Assembly (NCBI RefSeq): GCF_009914755.1
Contig: NC_060929.1
Reading direction: 5' to 3' (one strand)
Origin: the human T2T-CHM13v2.0 reference genome, Homo sapiens
DNA: 64,000 nt
Shown here: in pieces, positions 1-14,714 of the stretch
How the letters are laid out: each line of letters starts with the position of its first letter
Position numbering within the stretch: position 1 is the stretch's first letter
The notes under the pieces: model-generated
The model's database searches: none
Told to the model about the DNA's origin: nothing
The model's input: only the letters and a program-made list of their open reading frames with translations
Translations under genes and position numbers: made by a program

Positions 1-960
1 TGCTCCACATCATATGTCACCAGAGAACTGCAAATCCATACTACAATGAGCTACCACTACAAACCTATTAGAACAATCAAAATCCAAAATACTGATAATA
101 CCAAATGCTGGTGAGAATGTAAAGCAGCAGGAACTTTCATTTGTTGCTGGTTCGGGAATGCAAAATGGTACAGCCACTTTGGAAGATAGTTTGGCAGTTT
201 CTTACAAAATGAAATATACTCTTACCGTATGATCTAGCAATTGCATTCCTTGGTATTTACCCAAATGAGTTGAAAATTTACACCCACAAAAAACCCTGCA
301 TGTGAATGTTAATAGCAGCTTTATTCATAATTGCCAAAACTTGGAAGCAAACAAAATGTCCTTCGGTAAGTGAATGGATAAATAAACAATGACACACAGG
401 AACAATGGAGTATTATTTAGCACTAAGAAGAAATGAGCTATCAAGTCATAAAAAGACATGGAGGAGCCTTAAATGCATATTGCTAAGTGAAAGAAACCAA
501 TCTGAAAAGGCTGCATATTGCTTATTTCAACTATATGACACTCCGGAAAAGTCAAAGCTATGGAGACAGTAAACAAAATCAGTGGTGGCCAGGGGTTGTG
601 GGAGAGAGAGATGAACAGATGAAGCACAGAGGATTTTTAGGGCAGTGAAAGTACTTTGTATGATACTATAATGGTGGACACATGCCATTGTATATTTGTC
701 CAAAAAACATAGAATGTGCAACACCAAAAGTGAACCCTAATGTAAACTAAGGACTTTGGGTGATAATGCTGTGTCAAGGTAGCTTCCCTGATACAACAAA
801 TGTACTACTGTGGTAGTGGATGTTGATAATGGGAGAGGCAGTGAGTGTGTGTAGGGAGAGGGTATATGGGAAATCTCTGTACCTTCCTCTTAATTTTGCT
901 GTGAACCTAAAACTACTAGAAAAAATACGATCTATTAAAAAACAAACAAACAAAACAAAA
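1..960 (+). mobile_element. Old LINE-1 3' end (L1MC1/L1MC2-like)
   Basis: Decayed ORF2 C-terminus and 3'UTR ending in ggaaatctctgtaccttcc...ttttgctgtgaacctaaaact, followed by an A-rich tail; truncated by the window start. Confidence 0.8.
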
Positions 961-2509
961 ACCTTGAATATTTAAGAAATGTACACGGGAAGACTAAGAA
1001 CTCTGCCATTTGATAATATTGGTACAAATGTACAAGTCGCCTCACATGAATGGGCAATAAGACACCATGGCAGGCGGGGCTGCCTATGCCACCCTCCCTC
1101 TCAACCACTCTGCAGAAACAGCCTCTCATTGCCTGGGTGTGGAGAGTGGAGAGTCTGGCAATAAAAGTACATTATGTTGGACAGGACATGGGTTTGAACA
1201 TGGAGACTCTCCCAGTCACCTCTAATATCACAGAGAACAATGATGGAACCCAAAGTGTGCAGCAACTTCAGAGAAGGCGAAGGGATGGGGGTTTCAGTGA
1301 TGCTGGAGGAAGAAAGGCAGAGGACAGGTTTTAGGGACAAAACTGATCTCCAGAGCTAAGAAGGCAGACAAGCGAAGCTAAGAAGGTAGGAAGGGAAGAC
1401 AAGATGGACTTCCAAGTCAAAAGGGAAGAAAAGGGTTATCACTCCACATGACAGTCTAGAGACATGTATAACCTTGTCTGCTTTTTTTGTTTTGTCACAG
1501 ACTCATTTTGCATGAAATAAATTTATCTCCCAGAAAAAGAGCAGATATTAATCACTAGACTTTGCCTACAATTTCATGAGTCTTATGGAATTCCTAAGAC
1601 CCAGGTATGATCCTCTGGCCTAGGGAATAAATGAGATGAGAATAATCATTAATAAATAATAATAATAATAGAAACCATTTGATTGTCGAGTATTCTAAAG
1701 TTTACAAAATAATCTTACAAAATTGTTTAATTTAATCTTTCTAATAACTAAGCTGTCAATTCCCATTTTACAAGTGAGGAAACTGAGGCTCAAAAGAGCT
1801 AGAGAGGGAGTGACTGTAAATAAACAGAAAGTTTTTAGGGGCAATGCAATTTGTTCTAAAATTAGATTGTGGTGATGGTTGCACAACTTTGTAAATTTAC
1901 TGAAAATTCATTGAGTTGTACACTAAAAATGAATAAATTATATGGTGTATAAAGGATACCTCAACAAAGCTGTTAAAAAATAAACAACAAAAAAAGGGCT
2001 AAGGCTCACATAAGCTCACCTGGCTTACAAGCAGCAGAGCTGGGGTGAACTCAGACTTTCTGATCCCAAGTTGTGCAGCAGAGTCAACCTGTTAATGGGG
2101 ACTCCTGAGAGAGAAATGGTCACAAGGACACTTGATGTCAAACTGTGTCCCATGTCACTCAGGTGAGGTTTGCTTTCAGGCAAATGTACGATCACCAAAG
2201 ACATCCCCACCCCACATTCCACGCCCCGGCGCCCCGCCCCGCGCCGCTGTCAGGACCACTCCCAGCCCCTCTTACCAAGATGCCCACATTCTTCATGGTT
2301 GGGGCAGGCTCAGGAGCTGCAAGTCAATGTTGCCTTTTACTATGTAGATCAGGGTTTGCAACCACCTAGGGAGGAAGAGAAGGAAGGCAAGAGAGAGGCT
2401 GGCCACTGCTGACCTTGGCCCCAGAGCCAACTGCCTGGGGAAGAGCTGGCAGACAGGCTTCTTGCAAATACCCAGTGTAGAGAGTCACTGTGTGAATGTG
2501 GGGGGACCA

Positions 2510-2582
2510 ATGGATGGATGGATGGGTAGATGGATGGACAGGTTGGTGGATGAGTGGATGGATGGATGGATGGATGGATGAT
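2510..2582. repeat. (TGGA)n microsatellite, imperfect
   Basis: Runs of tggatggatgga seen directly. Confidence 0.9.
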
Positions 2583-2931
2583 GAGTGAATAAATTAATTA
2601 GGTAAATGACTGAAACAAAAATAAAACCCATCGTGTCCCAAGTCTGTATTTACAAAAAATGTTATCTAGAAACGAAATTCACAGCCTGACTTTTCTCTTC
2701 AGAACACAGGCCGTATTTGGACTATAAGGCCTAGTTATTTTTAAATAGATACATAGTTTACCAGAATAAGTGATATTATACATGGTAAAAATATAAATAT
2801 TTTAAAAGTTTATAGAATAAAAAGTAAATCTTCCCTCCTGTGACCCCTGAAGTCCCAATTCCCCTTTCTGGAAGCAATCACTGTTAATAGTTTCTCATGT
2901 ATCCTTCCAGAGATAGTCCCTCTCTCTCTCC

Positions 2932-2932
2932 C

Positions 2933-2976
<44 letters not shown>
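2932..2976. repeat. (TCTA)n microsatellite
   Basis: About 11 tandem tcta units. Confidence 0.95.
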
Positions 2977-2977
<1 letters not shown>

Positions 2978-3126
2978 ACCTATGTCCATACACACATACT
3001 TTTCTTTGCAGTATTAAACTCACTTCTACCCTTATTTTTTTAAGGAGGGATGTTGTGCATATCAGTGCACAATAGATGTGTTCATTCTTCATTTTAACAA
3101 CTGCATGCTATTCTGTTGGTTGTGTC

Positions 3127-4113
3127 TGAAGGGGGCCAGCCCCTCCACACCTGTGGGTGTTTCTCATCAGGTGGGACGAGAGACTGAGAAAAGAAATAAG
3201 ACACAGAGACAAAGTATAGAGAAAGAACAGTGGGCCCAGGGGACCGGTGCTCAGCATATGGAGGACCTGCGCCAGCACTGGTCTCTGAGTTCCCTCAGTA
3301 TTTATTGATCACTATCTCTCCTATCTCGGTGAGGGGGATGTAGCAGGACTATAGGATAATGGTGGGGAGAGGGTCAACAGGAAAACGTGAGCAAAGGTCT
3401 CTGTGTCATAAATAAGTTTAAGGAAAGGTGCTGTGCCTTGATGTGCACGTAGGCCAGGTTTATGTTTGACTTTACACAAACATCTCAGTGCAGTAAAGAG
3501 CAGTATTGCCACCAGCATGTCTCACCTCCAGCCATAAGGCAGTTTTCTCCTATCTCAGTAAATAGAACATATGATCGGGTGTTAAACACCGAGACATTCC
3601 ATTCCCAGGGATGAGCAGGAGACAGATGCCTTCCTCTTAACTGCAAAGAGGCCTTCCTCTTTCACTAATCCTCCTCAGCACAGACCCTTTATGGGTGTCG
3701 GGCTGGGGGATGGTCAGGTCTTTCCCTTCCCACGAGGCCATATCTCAGGCTGTCTCAGTGGGGAGAAACCTTGGACCATACCCAGGCTTTCTTGGGCAGA
3801 GGTCCCTGCGGCCTTCCGCAGCGCATTTTGTCCCTGGGTACTCGAGACTGGAGAATGGCGATGACTTTTACCAAGCATACTGCCTGCAAACACATTTTTA
3901 ACAAAGCACATCCTGCACAGCCCTAAATCCATTAAACCTTGAGTCAACACAGCACATGGTTCTGCGAGCACAGGGTTGGGGCTACAGGTACAGATGAACA
4001 GCATCTCAAGGCAGAAGAATTTTTCTTAGTACATGAACAAAATGGAGTTTTTTATGTCTTCTTTTTTCTACATAGACACAGTAACAGTCTGATCTCTCTT
4101 TCTTTACCCCACA
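3127..4113 (-). mobile_element. Solo LTR of HERV-K(HML-2), LTR5 family (probably LTR5A)
   Basis: Minus strand starts TGTGGGGTAAAGAAAGAGAGATCAGACTGTTACTGTGTC and ends GGTGTGGAGGGGCTGGCCCCCTTCA; about 987 bp; AATAAA at 3301-3306 (minus); imperfect 5-bp TSD gtgtc/gtatc; inserted into an old L1M fragment. Confidence 0.93.
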
Positions 4114-5611
4114 GTATCATGGCTTATTTAGCCAGCCCCCTATATGTGGTTGCTTCAGTCTTTTGCCACTCTCAGCCAAGCTGAAATGAATAATTGTGGA
4201 TATATTATACATATTACACATACACATATACACATTATATATACATGAGGGCTTGTCTGTTGGATACATTCTCAGAAGTGGAGATAGTGAGTGGGTCAAG
4301 GGTAAGTGCTTTTAGAGTTTTGAGAGACATCGGCAAATTACCCCCAGGGAGCTGTTTCAATTGCTTCTCCACCAGCAGAGGGTGACAGGGACTATTTGCA
4401 CCTGTTCTGGCAACCACCATGTGTCACACTTTCTGTCCTGAGTCGCAGCTCCCTGTGGGGTTCATTTGCCTTTTGGGGCTTAGTTCCTTATTTTTCACTT
4501 TGTTAAGAGTTTTGTCAGACTGAAACCTGTTCAGAGGTGAGTTAAGTTGTCAGGGGCCAGGAAACTATGTCTTAGGAGTAGAGCCTGAAAGGACTTCTTG
4601 GAAACTAGGATGGCCATACATACTCACACCCTGCCCCTCTCGGAAGTGCTGTCACTGGGGCGAGGGGGAGACAGTGCCATGCGTTCCAGTGGGGACCCCT
4701 GTGCAGCAACTTTCACCCTAATCACAGCACTCAGATCTCTCCAACATAAGGCGAGCTCCCTGCCACTCAGGGTATTCAGACAGAGATGGAGGGATGTGGG
4801 ATAGGGTTGAAGGACAGTTACATTATTTTGGTGTGCGTTCCTCTACTGCAGAGGCTGGAGAGTGAACAGTTACATCTCCCAGACTCCTGGAAGCTACAGT
4901 TCTAGATAGAAAATAGGAAGGTCAAAATGGGTGTCCAGAGGCCACTGCAGCAGCAGCACCAGCAGATCCCTGGGACACAGCTACAGCCTCGTGCTCCTGA
5001 CCCCGGTCCCCCAGGGACTCAGGCTTCAGCCTCCCGATTGTGGTGGAGGTGGTGGCTCTCCCTGGCGGCAACTCCAGAGACATGTTTCTGGGAAGTCCAG
5101 CCTGGAATTCTCTCCTCCAATCTTTCTAATGGCTATGTAAGCCTTTAATTACCATTCCTAAATATATTTCTGATATTTTTCTGCCTCAAGTAGTATGTTT
5201 TCTACTCTAAATCCTGACTGATAGGAGGCAGGGGTGTACAGGATGAGATGACCTCCATGGTGTTGTCTCACTTGCAATTTCTGTGACCTCATGATATTGT
5301 CCCTCAGCAGAAAAAAAGCAGTCTTCAAAAACCAGGTGTTTTTACTGAGGGAGGCAATCCTGGGAGGAGCAAGGGGTGGCCTAGCTCCCAACTCATTCCC
5401 CTGGCTGCATCTCCAGGCCCTAGCTGGCCATGCAGAAGTGAGCTCTAGGTGTCACAGTGGCTCTCTCAGATGCATTGTTCTTCTTTGTTCTCTTGGCACC
5501 GTTGCCAACTATGGATCTCATTGCATCCAAGGTTCCAGAACAGGCAGCCTGGCCTTCACTTGGGGAGCATCCTGGAGACAAGTGATAAAGAGCATTTCCT
5601 TACTCTGCTGA

Positions 5612-5929
<318 letters not shown>

Positions 5930-6156
5930 TGAGGAGAAAGCTCCTTGTGAAATGGGTAAAGCTGTCACATCTCTGGAATAGGCAGAAAATCCACAGAATG
6001 CCTGAACCAGTTTGAGATACTGCTCTGCACAGGATTGTAGGGAGAAATCCCAGGTATAAGTGCTAGTTGCATGATGCTTATCCCTATGGCCTCATTTCAC
6101 TCTCTCAACAACTCTAAGCAGTGGATATTCTTCTCAGCATTTTACCTATGATTTTA

Positions 6157-6573
6157 TTTTTTTATTTTTATTTTTTAAAATTTTTTTTATTATTATACTT
6201 TAAGTTTTAGGGTACATGTGCATGTTTGTTACATATGTATACATGTGCCATGTTGGTGTGCTGCACCCATTAAATTGTCATTTAGCATTAGGTATATCTC
6301 CTAATGCTATCCCTCCCCCCTCCCCCCACCCCACAACAGTCCCTGGAGTGTGATGTTCCCCTTCCTGTATCCATGTGTTCTCATTGTTCAATTCCCACCT
6401 ATGAGTGAGAACATAACAGTGTTTGCTTTTTTGTCCTTGCGATAGTTTGCTGAGAATGATGGTTTCCAGTTTCATCCATGTCCCTACAAAGGACATGAAT
6501 TCATCATTTTTTATGGCTGCATAGTATTCCATGGTGTATATGTGCCACATTTTCTTAATCCAGTCTATCATTG
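6157..6573 (-). mobile_element. 5'-truncated primate L1PA (L1PA3-like) 3' end
   Basis: Encodes ORF2 C-terminus MIDWIKKMWHIYTMEYYAAIKNDEF; exact 15-bp TSD ttacctatgatttta at 6142-6156 and 6574-6588. Confidence 0.95.
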
Positions 6574-7112
6574 TTACCTATGATTTTAAAAGGTTTGGGC
6601 TCAGGAATGGGGACAGCCTGCTCAAGGTCACACAACTAATATAGGAATAGCAAAACTGGGACTGGAATCTGAGTGTTTCTCTGTGTCTTAGCCACATGTT
6701 ATCCTGCATCCTTAGAAGCCATTTAGCTCAACATTCTCTTCCTCTCATAAAATGCTTGACTTTTTCCTACTACAGCCAATGCTTGAACACACGTAGAAAC
6801 AGACCTCAAGCAGGCTGGCCTCTTAGACCTTCAAGGACAGATGACCATTTTACCTTCTTAGAAGACCTTTGGCAATAACATAGACTTCTTCAGAAACCCA
6901 TTCCAAGATTCAACGATACTCATTCTCAAAAAAGATCTTCCCTCCTGTGTAATTTAAGAGATTGATATAGAAGATCCCTTTTTTGTTCATGCATTCATTT
7001 TGCAAACCTTTACTGAGCTCCTTGTGCTCAGGCTCTGTATTAGGAGGATATAGAGGTAAATAAGGCCTGGTCATTGCCTTTGGGTTTCTCACCATCCGGG
7101 CAGCTAGTCTGA

Positions 7113-7820
<708 letters not shown>

Positions 7821-8455
7821 TAACACAAAGCCTTGCCCATTTTCACCATCTGGAAATAACACCTTCCTTTTCTGAATCCTTGTAGAACACTGAGTTCACT
7901 CCCTGGAATTTCACTTCTGTGTGTACATATCTTCCTCCCTAGGCTGTGAGATCCTTAGCTGCAGGGACCCAAATGGTATGTTGTGTTCATTGCTTTAGTT
8001 CCACAGTTCCCAGGTGTTGAATGTTGAATGAATGCGCCTCTAAGGAGTTATGCTTAGGATTCAAAGCATCACTTCATGGAGCATTATTTTTGCTACTAAC
8101 ACAACTTCTCTACACCTCTTTGCTTGTCTGTCAAGAACTACAGGAGAGCACAGATTTAGCTCTTTGGATTACTAGAAAGAAGAAAAATTCCACAAAAGTT
8201 TTCAGGTGCAAGGTCTCAAGCCCAGAAGCTTCTGTGGAGCAAAGGACACTTACGAGGTCCTGCTGGCCCTGTCCTGGCAGCAGGAGCTCCGGGTGGAGGA
8301 GTTGCTGAACCCTCCCTCGGGGCTGGCAGGGTATTCTTTGGGCTGCATCATCCAGGGACTGGCAGCTGGTGGAGGCACCCACAGGCCCAGGCAGGTGGAT
8401 ACCTCACTGTTTAGCTCCACGTATTGGGCATGTGAGGGGTGTGGAGCAGCCATGG

Positions 8456-8809
8456 TGATATGGTTTGGTTGTGCCCCCACCCAAATCTCATCTTGAATTA
8501 TAACTCCCACAATTCCCATGTGTTGTAGGAGGGACCCGGTGATAGGTAATTGAATCATGGGGGTGGGTCTTTCCTGTGCTATTCACGTGATAGTGAATAA
8601 GTCTCATGAGATTGGATAGTTTTAAAAAAGGGAGTCTCCCTGCACAAACCTTCTTCTCTGCCACCATGTGAAACTGCCTTTTACCTTCCGCCATGACTGT
8701 GGGGCCTTCCCAGCCACGTGGAACTGTAAGTCCATTAAACCCTTTTTCCTGTATAAATTACCCAGTCTCGAGTGTGTCTTTATGAGCAGCGTGAAAATGA
8801 ACTAATACA
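8456..8809 (+). mobile_element. THE1 (MaLR) solo LTR
   Basis: TGATATGGTTTGG...AACTAATACA; exact 5-bp TSD catgg at 8451-8455 and 8810-8814. Confidence 0.95.
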
Positions 8810-9494
8810 CATGGCTTTGGCAGAGGCTGTGAGCAAGAATAGCTTTGGCATGCAGGAGCTGCAAAATATGATCTCAGCTCTTGGGCCTTAATAAGTTCAG
8901 GAGCTTAAATACAGCTTTACCCTCCTTGCCCAGAGTGGCACAGACTCGGCAGCTTAGGAAGAATGAATGGCCAAAAGCATGAATGGATGGATAAATGGGC
9001 TTCTCCACCGCACACACAGAGGCCCTCACAGTTGCTCTGACAATCTCTTCTTTTCTTTCTTTTTTTCTGCCAAATGACTGAATATCACAGGCCAGGCACT
9101 TTGATGGGTGCCGGGAATGAAACAGTTCCAGGTACTGCAGTCCCTGGAGGCGATGAACTTGGAAATTATAAATATTAATCATAGTTTCTCATAAATAAGT
9201 TTTTAAAAATTCAACAGTGATAAAGCACTTTGAAGGAAAATGAAAAGAGGCATGAGTGTATAACAAAAGCAGTTGCTCTTGCAAAGGCGGTCAGCAAAGC
9301 TTTCCCCGAGAACAAGGAAAATCCCTTGCATTGCACTGTCTTCCCCACCTTCTTGCTCCCACTCAAAGGTGGCTCCCCGTGAGGTCACTGCTGTTTTTGC
9401 AGGCCTCTGAGAGAAGTGTCTTTTTTCCTCACCCCCCTCATATTCACATCACAGGGTCAGGAGAGGGTAGGCATCCTTTCTACCCCTTGCTTTC

Positions 9495-10051
9495 AGATCC
9501 CCAAAACTCTTATCCCCTGGTTATTCAATTAAACACTAATCTAGGTAATGCTGTGAAGGGGATTTGCAGATGTCATTAAAGTCTCAAGTCAGTTGACCTT
9601 AAGATGTGGAAGCTAGGAAGCTATCCAGGTGGGCTTGACCCAACCAGATGAACTCTTTAAATGCAATTTTCTCTGGTTGGGCAGAAAGGGAGGCCAGAGA
9701 GACCAGCAGCATGAGAAGGGTTTGATGGCTTGAAGATGGAGGTGGCCACATTTCAAGGAATTCAGGAAGTAGAAGCAAAAAGCAGTCACACAGCAAGAAG
9801 CCTGAGCCCTTAGTTCTATTACTGCCAAGAACTTGAATGAGCTTGGAAGAAAATGCTTCCCCAGTCACTTCTACATATAGAATACAGCCTGGAAACACTG
9901 TAATTGCAGCCTTATGAAATCCTAAGCAGAGGACCCAGTGAAAGCCATACCTGGACTTCTGACCTAAAGAAATGGTGAGATAATAAATATGTGTTATGTG
10001 AAGCTACTGAGTTTGTGGCAGTTTGTTACATGGAGGTAGAAAATGAACATA
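9495..10051 (+). mobile_element. MLT1 (E/F-like) MaLR LTR
   Basis: MLT1 motifs aacactaatctagg...gctgtgaagggatttgcagatg and the 3' gtttgtggcagtttgttaca. Confidence 0.7.
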
Positions 10052-10190
10052 CTCAATAAAGCATTGTGATTCTGGGATTCCAGTTTATAATTTTCAAAAT
10101 AAAATACTCATTATAATTATTACCATGGTAATATGACAGGCTAGGTAACCAGGTTGGCTTTCCTGCTGAAAATAACTAAAACTTCTGAAT

Positions 10191-10572
<382 letters not shown>

Positions 10573-10599
10573 TAACATATTTTAAAAAAATTCTTAATA

Positions 10600-12980
10600 A
10601 TATTGAGGGGAGATCAAGAGAGCAAGGAATTTCTAGGTGAGTACTCACTCAGCCAGGTGAAGACAGGAACTCTGAGACCTGAGTGGAATGCAGCTACAGC
10701 TTCACTCCCACGGGTATTTGCTCAACCCAGTGAAGTTGAGCTTTAATATCATGGCCTTATGGGGCATGAGACAAATTCCGGAGCTGAGGACCTCTTCCTC
10801 AGAGTAAGAGTGAACTGGAAATAAATCAATATCCCACCCCCACCCTATTCCTTCCCTACCTCCCAATCAAGGGACTTGGAAAAAAAGTGACTGTCCTGAA
10901 CCTAGTGCCCAGAGGATGGAGTAAAATTGTGGCTAAAATGTGGAATGAGAATTCAAGTTTCACTCTGTTCCACAGTCTACTTCATCTACCATGGTGGTCC
11001 AGAATACCTCCAGCCCAGAATGTAGTTCACAAGAACCTAGACTGATAGTTGCCAGCTGCTGGCAGAAGCAAATACAAAGTCTTTCAGGAGGGACTCACCT
11101 TCATTTCAGATCTTAAAGAATTTATGTAAGTAAAATTCCAAGAAACAGCAAAACAAGAGAAAATTTAAATATAGCACAAGAACTTTGCAAAAGAGAAATG
11201 TATGATACAAACGAAAAGTAGCTCTTTTTAACATATTTAGTAACAGAAAAAAATGTACTGGAAGATATGTACAAGGAGAAAGATACTCTGAAGAGTAATC
11301 AGGTGAAATGGAAAGTTAATTAAATAAAACTTCTAGAAAATAGAATTATAATAGTTGAAATTTAAAACTGAATATTAATTGAATTTTAAAAATTTAGTTG
11401 AGTTAATTTTAGTTGAAATGGATGGGCTTGATAGGAGATTATGCACAGTGAAGACAGAATTAGTGAATCAGAACTAGATCTGGGAAAGGTATTATTCATA
11501 ATATAGTCCACAGAGACCAAGGGATGAAAAATCTAAAAGAAAAGTGAGGGAAAATAGAGAATAGAATGAAAGACCTAAATATATCCTACATCTGTCATGG
11601 ACTGTGTATTGAAATCCTAACCCTCAGTGTGATGGTATTAAGAAGGGGGATCTCTGGGAGGTAATTAGGTCATGAGGTAGAGCCCAGAATTAGTGCTCTG
11701 AAATAAGAGACATGAGAGAGTTTGTGTCCTCTCTGCTCTTTGCCATGTGAGGATACAATGAGAAGACAGCCACATGGAAGCCAGGAAGTGAGCTCTCACC
11801 AGACACAGGATCGGCTGGCAACTTGATCTTGGACTTTTCGGTCTCCGGAACTGTGAGAAATAAATGTTTGTTGTTTAAGTCACCCAGCCTATGGTAATAT
11901 GTTATAGCAGCCCAAACTGACTAAGGCAACATCAAATCAGACTCGCAGAAGAAAAGTTAAGAGGGAATATGGTAGAATAAATATTTGAAAAGATAATGGC
12001 TGAGAATTGTCCAGAAATGATGAAAGACACCAACCCACAGATTCAAGAGACCCAGTGAATTCCAAGCAGGATAAATAAAGGACACACGTATCTGGACACT
12101 TTATAGTGAAACTTCAGAACTTTAAAGGGATCTAAAGTCAGCCAGATTGGTGAAAAGTGTTACATTCAAAAGGGTTGCAGTGTAAAAGAAATTTCAAAAG
12201 GAAAAGAAAAGATTTGCAGTCAGTCTGTCAGCTGTTTTCTTAACAGCAGTGGAAGCCACAAGGTACTGGAATGATCACCTCAATATGCTGAGAGGATATA
12301 AACTATCTGTTAAGTGCAAAATGAAGACATTTTCAAACAAAAGAAATTGGAGAGAACTTCACTAAAGGAAAATTTAAAGTCCATATTCAGAAGAAGATCT
12401 GAGATGCAAAAGGAAATAAAGAACCCAAGAGAGGTAAATGTATGGGTAAATCTTGATTCTAATAATAAAGTATTATGGAGCATAAGGAAAAGAAACTTAA
12501 AATATGTGACATTATTATTATAAAAAATGGAATGCAGTGAATAGAGATTTTTTTAAGTGCCTATATTTTCTGCAGTGACTAAAGATATTGCTTAACTTTT
12601 TGTTAATACTTTATTAATTTATACATGTTAAAATTACTAGGGTATGGCTAGAGAATAGAAATAAAGTCTTTAAGTTCCAAATTACTAGAGAATAAAACAA
12701 AATAAAATAAGGGAAAATTAATCTAAAAGAAACTCAGTAAAGGAGAAAAAACATAATAGGTGGAAGATATAGAATAAAATAACAAGGTAAATATGACTAT
12801 AAATATATCTGTAATTATTAATACAATAAATAGAATAATTTTGAAAATATCAAAATAATATTTATGAAAGACATATCTAAAACATAAGAATGCAGAAAGT
12901 TTAAAGTAAAAGGGATAGGAAAGATTTAGCAGGCAAATTTTACCAAAAGAAAGCCAATATATTAATATTAATATCAATAA
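10600..12980 (+). mobile_element. Ancient L1M 5'/ORF1 region, interrupted by an MLT1A LTR
   Basis: Decayed ORF1p-like translation near 11990-12080 (EKIMAENCPEMMKDTNPQIQETQ*IPSRINK); A-rich; edges approximate. Confidence 0.7.
11593..11928 (+). mobile_element. MLT1A-type MaLR LTR nested in L1M
   Basis: gaaatcctaaccc...gtgatggtattaagaagg...gttatagcagcccaaactgactaag. Confidence 0.85.
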
Positions 12981-14445
12981 TTATTACTAGTGCCCCTGCT
13001 ACTACTGTTTATTGAGCACCTACTATGTAATAGGCAATATATGAATTGCCTATTCATATATGAACATCCCTCTAAGGTAGTTACTTGAAATTTTTAAAGT
13101 GTAGTTTATATACAATAAAATGCACAGATCTTAAGTGTACAGTTGAATGAGTTTTGACAAATGAATACACTGGTGCAACTTACCCAGAAAGTTTCTTTTT
13201 GCTTGTTTGCAGTCAAACATCACCTCCCTCACATACCCAATAACCACTGTCTAGATTTTTGTCACCATAAATTAGTTTTGCCTGCTCTTGAACTTTATAT
13301 TAATGAGATAATACAGCATGTATTCTACTCTTTCTAGCCTCTACAGTACTGAAAGGCAGATTGAAGGGTGGTTGGAGTGGATGTTGAGGGCCACCCCACC
13401 ATATCCACCATTCTGCACCTTCCTATGGCAAATTATGATCAAGGACTCCAAGGGTCTAAGTGAGGGGTCACAGGTTCTCACACAACCATATGGCAAATTG
13501 TGACCAAGGAATCTTAGGGTCTATGTGAGTGGTCACAGGAGAACCCACAGATTCTCAAGCTGGTTGTAAAGTGTAACCTTGAACAAATGCCTCTGTCTCT
13601 CTGAGGCTCAGTTTCCAATGAGTAAAATGAATGAATTGCCATAGACCATCTCAAATAAATTCTAAACCCTAAAGCCACAGTATCATATATAATGATACAT
13701 TATATATGTCCTAGGACTATCCAGTCACGTTTGGTAGGAGAAAGGTAGCTGAAGCTGGGAAAAGGACTCTCAGAGTTGCAAGATCTGAGAGCTGAACTTC
13801 TCCTATTCATTTCATTGGTGAGAAACAGAAGCCCAAACTGACGGGACCTGCTAGTAAGTGGCAGGGCTGGTCTCAGACTTTTTTTTTGGCTCCTACATCC
13901 TCACTTTTTCAGTGGCAATGGGTGGTTCTCCTCTCATCTGAGCACTCCCAGGCCCTTTGTTCCCATTGTGAGGTAACACTGAGGTCTGCCCACCCTACAG
14001 ATGGGGCTTTGGGGGTTTGCTCCAGAGCTCTTCATCCGCCTGGGCCCAACCCTGGAACTATTCCTTTCAATGGTGTCTTTTCTTGCCTTGTTTCAGAAGG
14101 ATCTACTAGTTGGCCCTATCTTGTGCCAAGACTGACAGCAAGGAAGCTGCTGGCTGAGTAAGAGTTTAGGGGAGGCTCTGAGTTGGGTGGAAGCCATGAA
14201 CACAATTTAGGTAGAAAGGGGCTACAGCTTTGGAGAACCTGAGCCCAATAAGCTCTTGAAGTTGTCCCCTAACACAATCTTACTTTAACAATTAATATTC
14301 ACATCTTTAAAAATGCTCATGTTTAAACTATGATTTATTTTAACCAAAGAATTTATAATGAAAAGCTATAGTCTCCTTATCTGACTTACTCTATCTAAAG
14401 CTGCTCTTTTTAGGACTATCTTTCTGTTTTTTAATCAGTGGTTTG

Positions 14446-14483
14446 ATTGCTTCTTAGTCTTTTGGCTAAGATCAAGTGTAGTA
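14446..14483 (+). pseudogene. 3'-truncated U2 snRNA retrocopy (nt 1-38)
   Basis: attgcttcttagtcttttggctaagatcaagtgtagta matches U2 nt 1-38 at 34/38; flanked by a 13-bp TSD aatcagtggtttg / aaccagtggtttg. Confidence 0.92.
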
Positions 14484-14714
14484 AAACCAGTGGTTTGTTT
14501 TAGTTCTTTAGTTCTTCATTTCTCTATACAATATAGCTATAATGATATTTCTCAATTGATCAACATTATATTAGGTGAAAATTTGTACCTCTTAAATTCT
14601 CGTACTTTACTTCTCAATATAATTATTTTACTGTTTTAGTTCTTTATTGCTTACCTTCATAACTTTAATAATGATATAAACATAAAGCTACATTTATTTT
14701 AGATTATAAATAAT

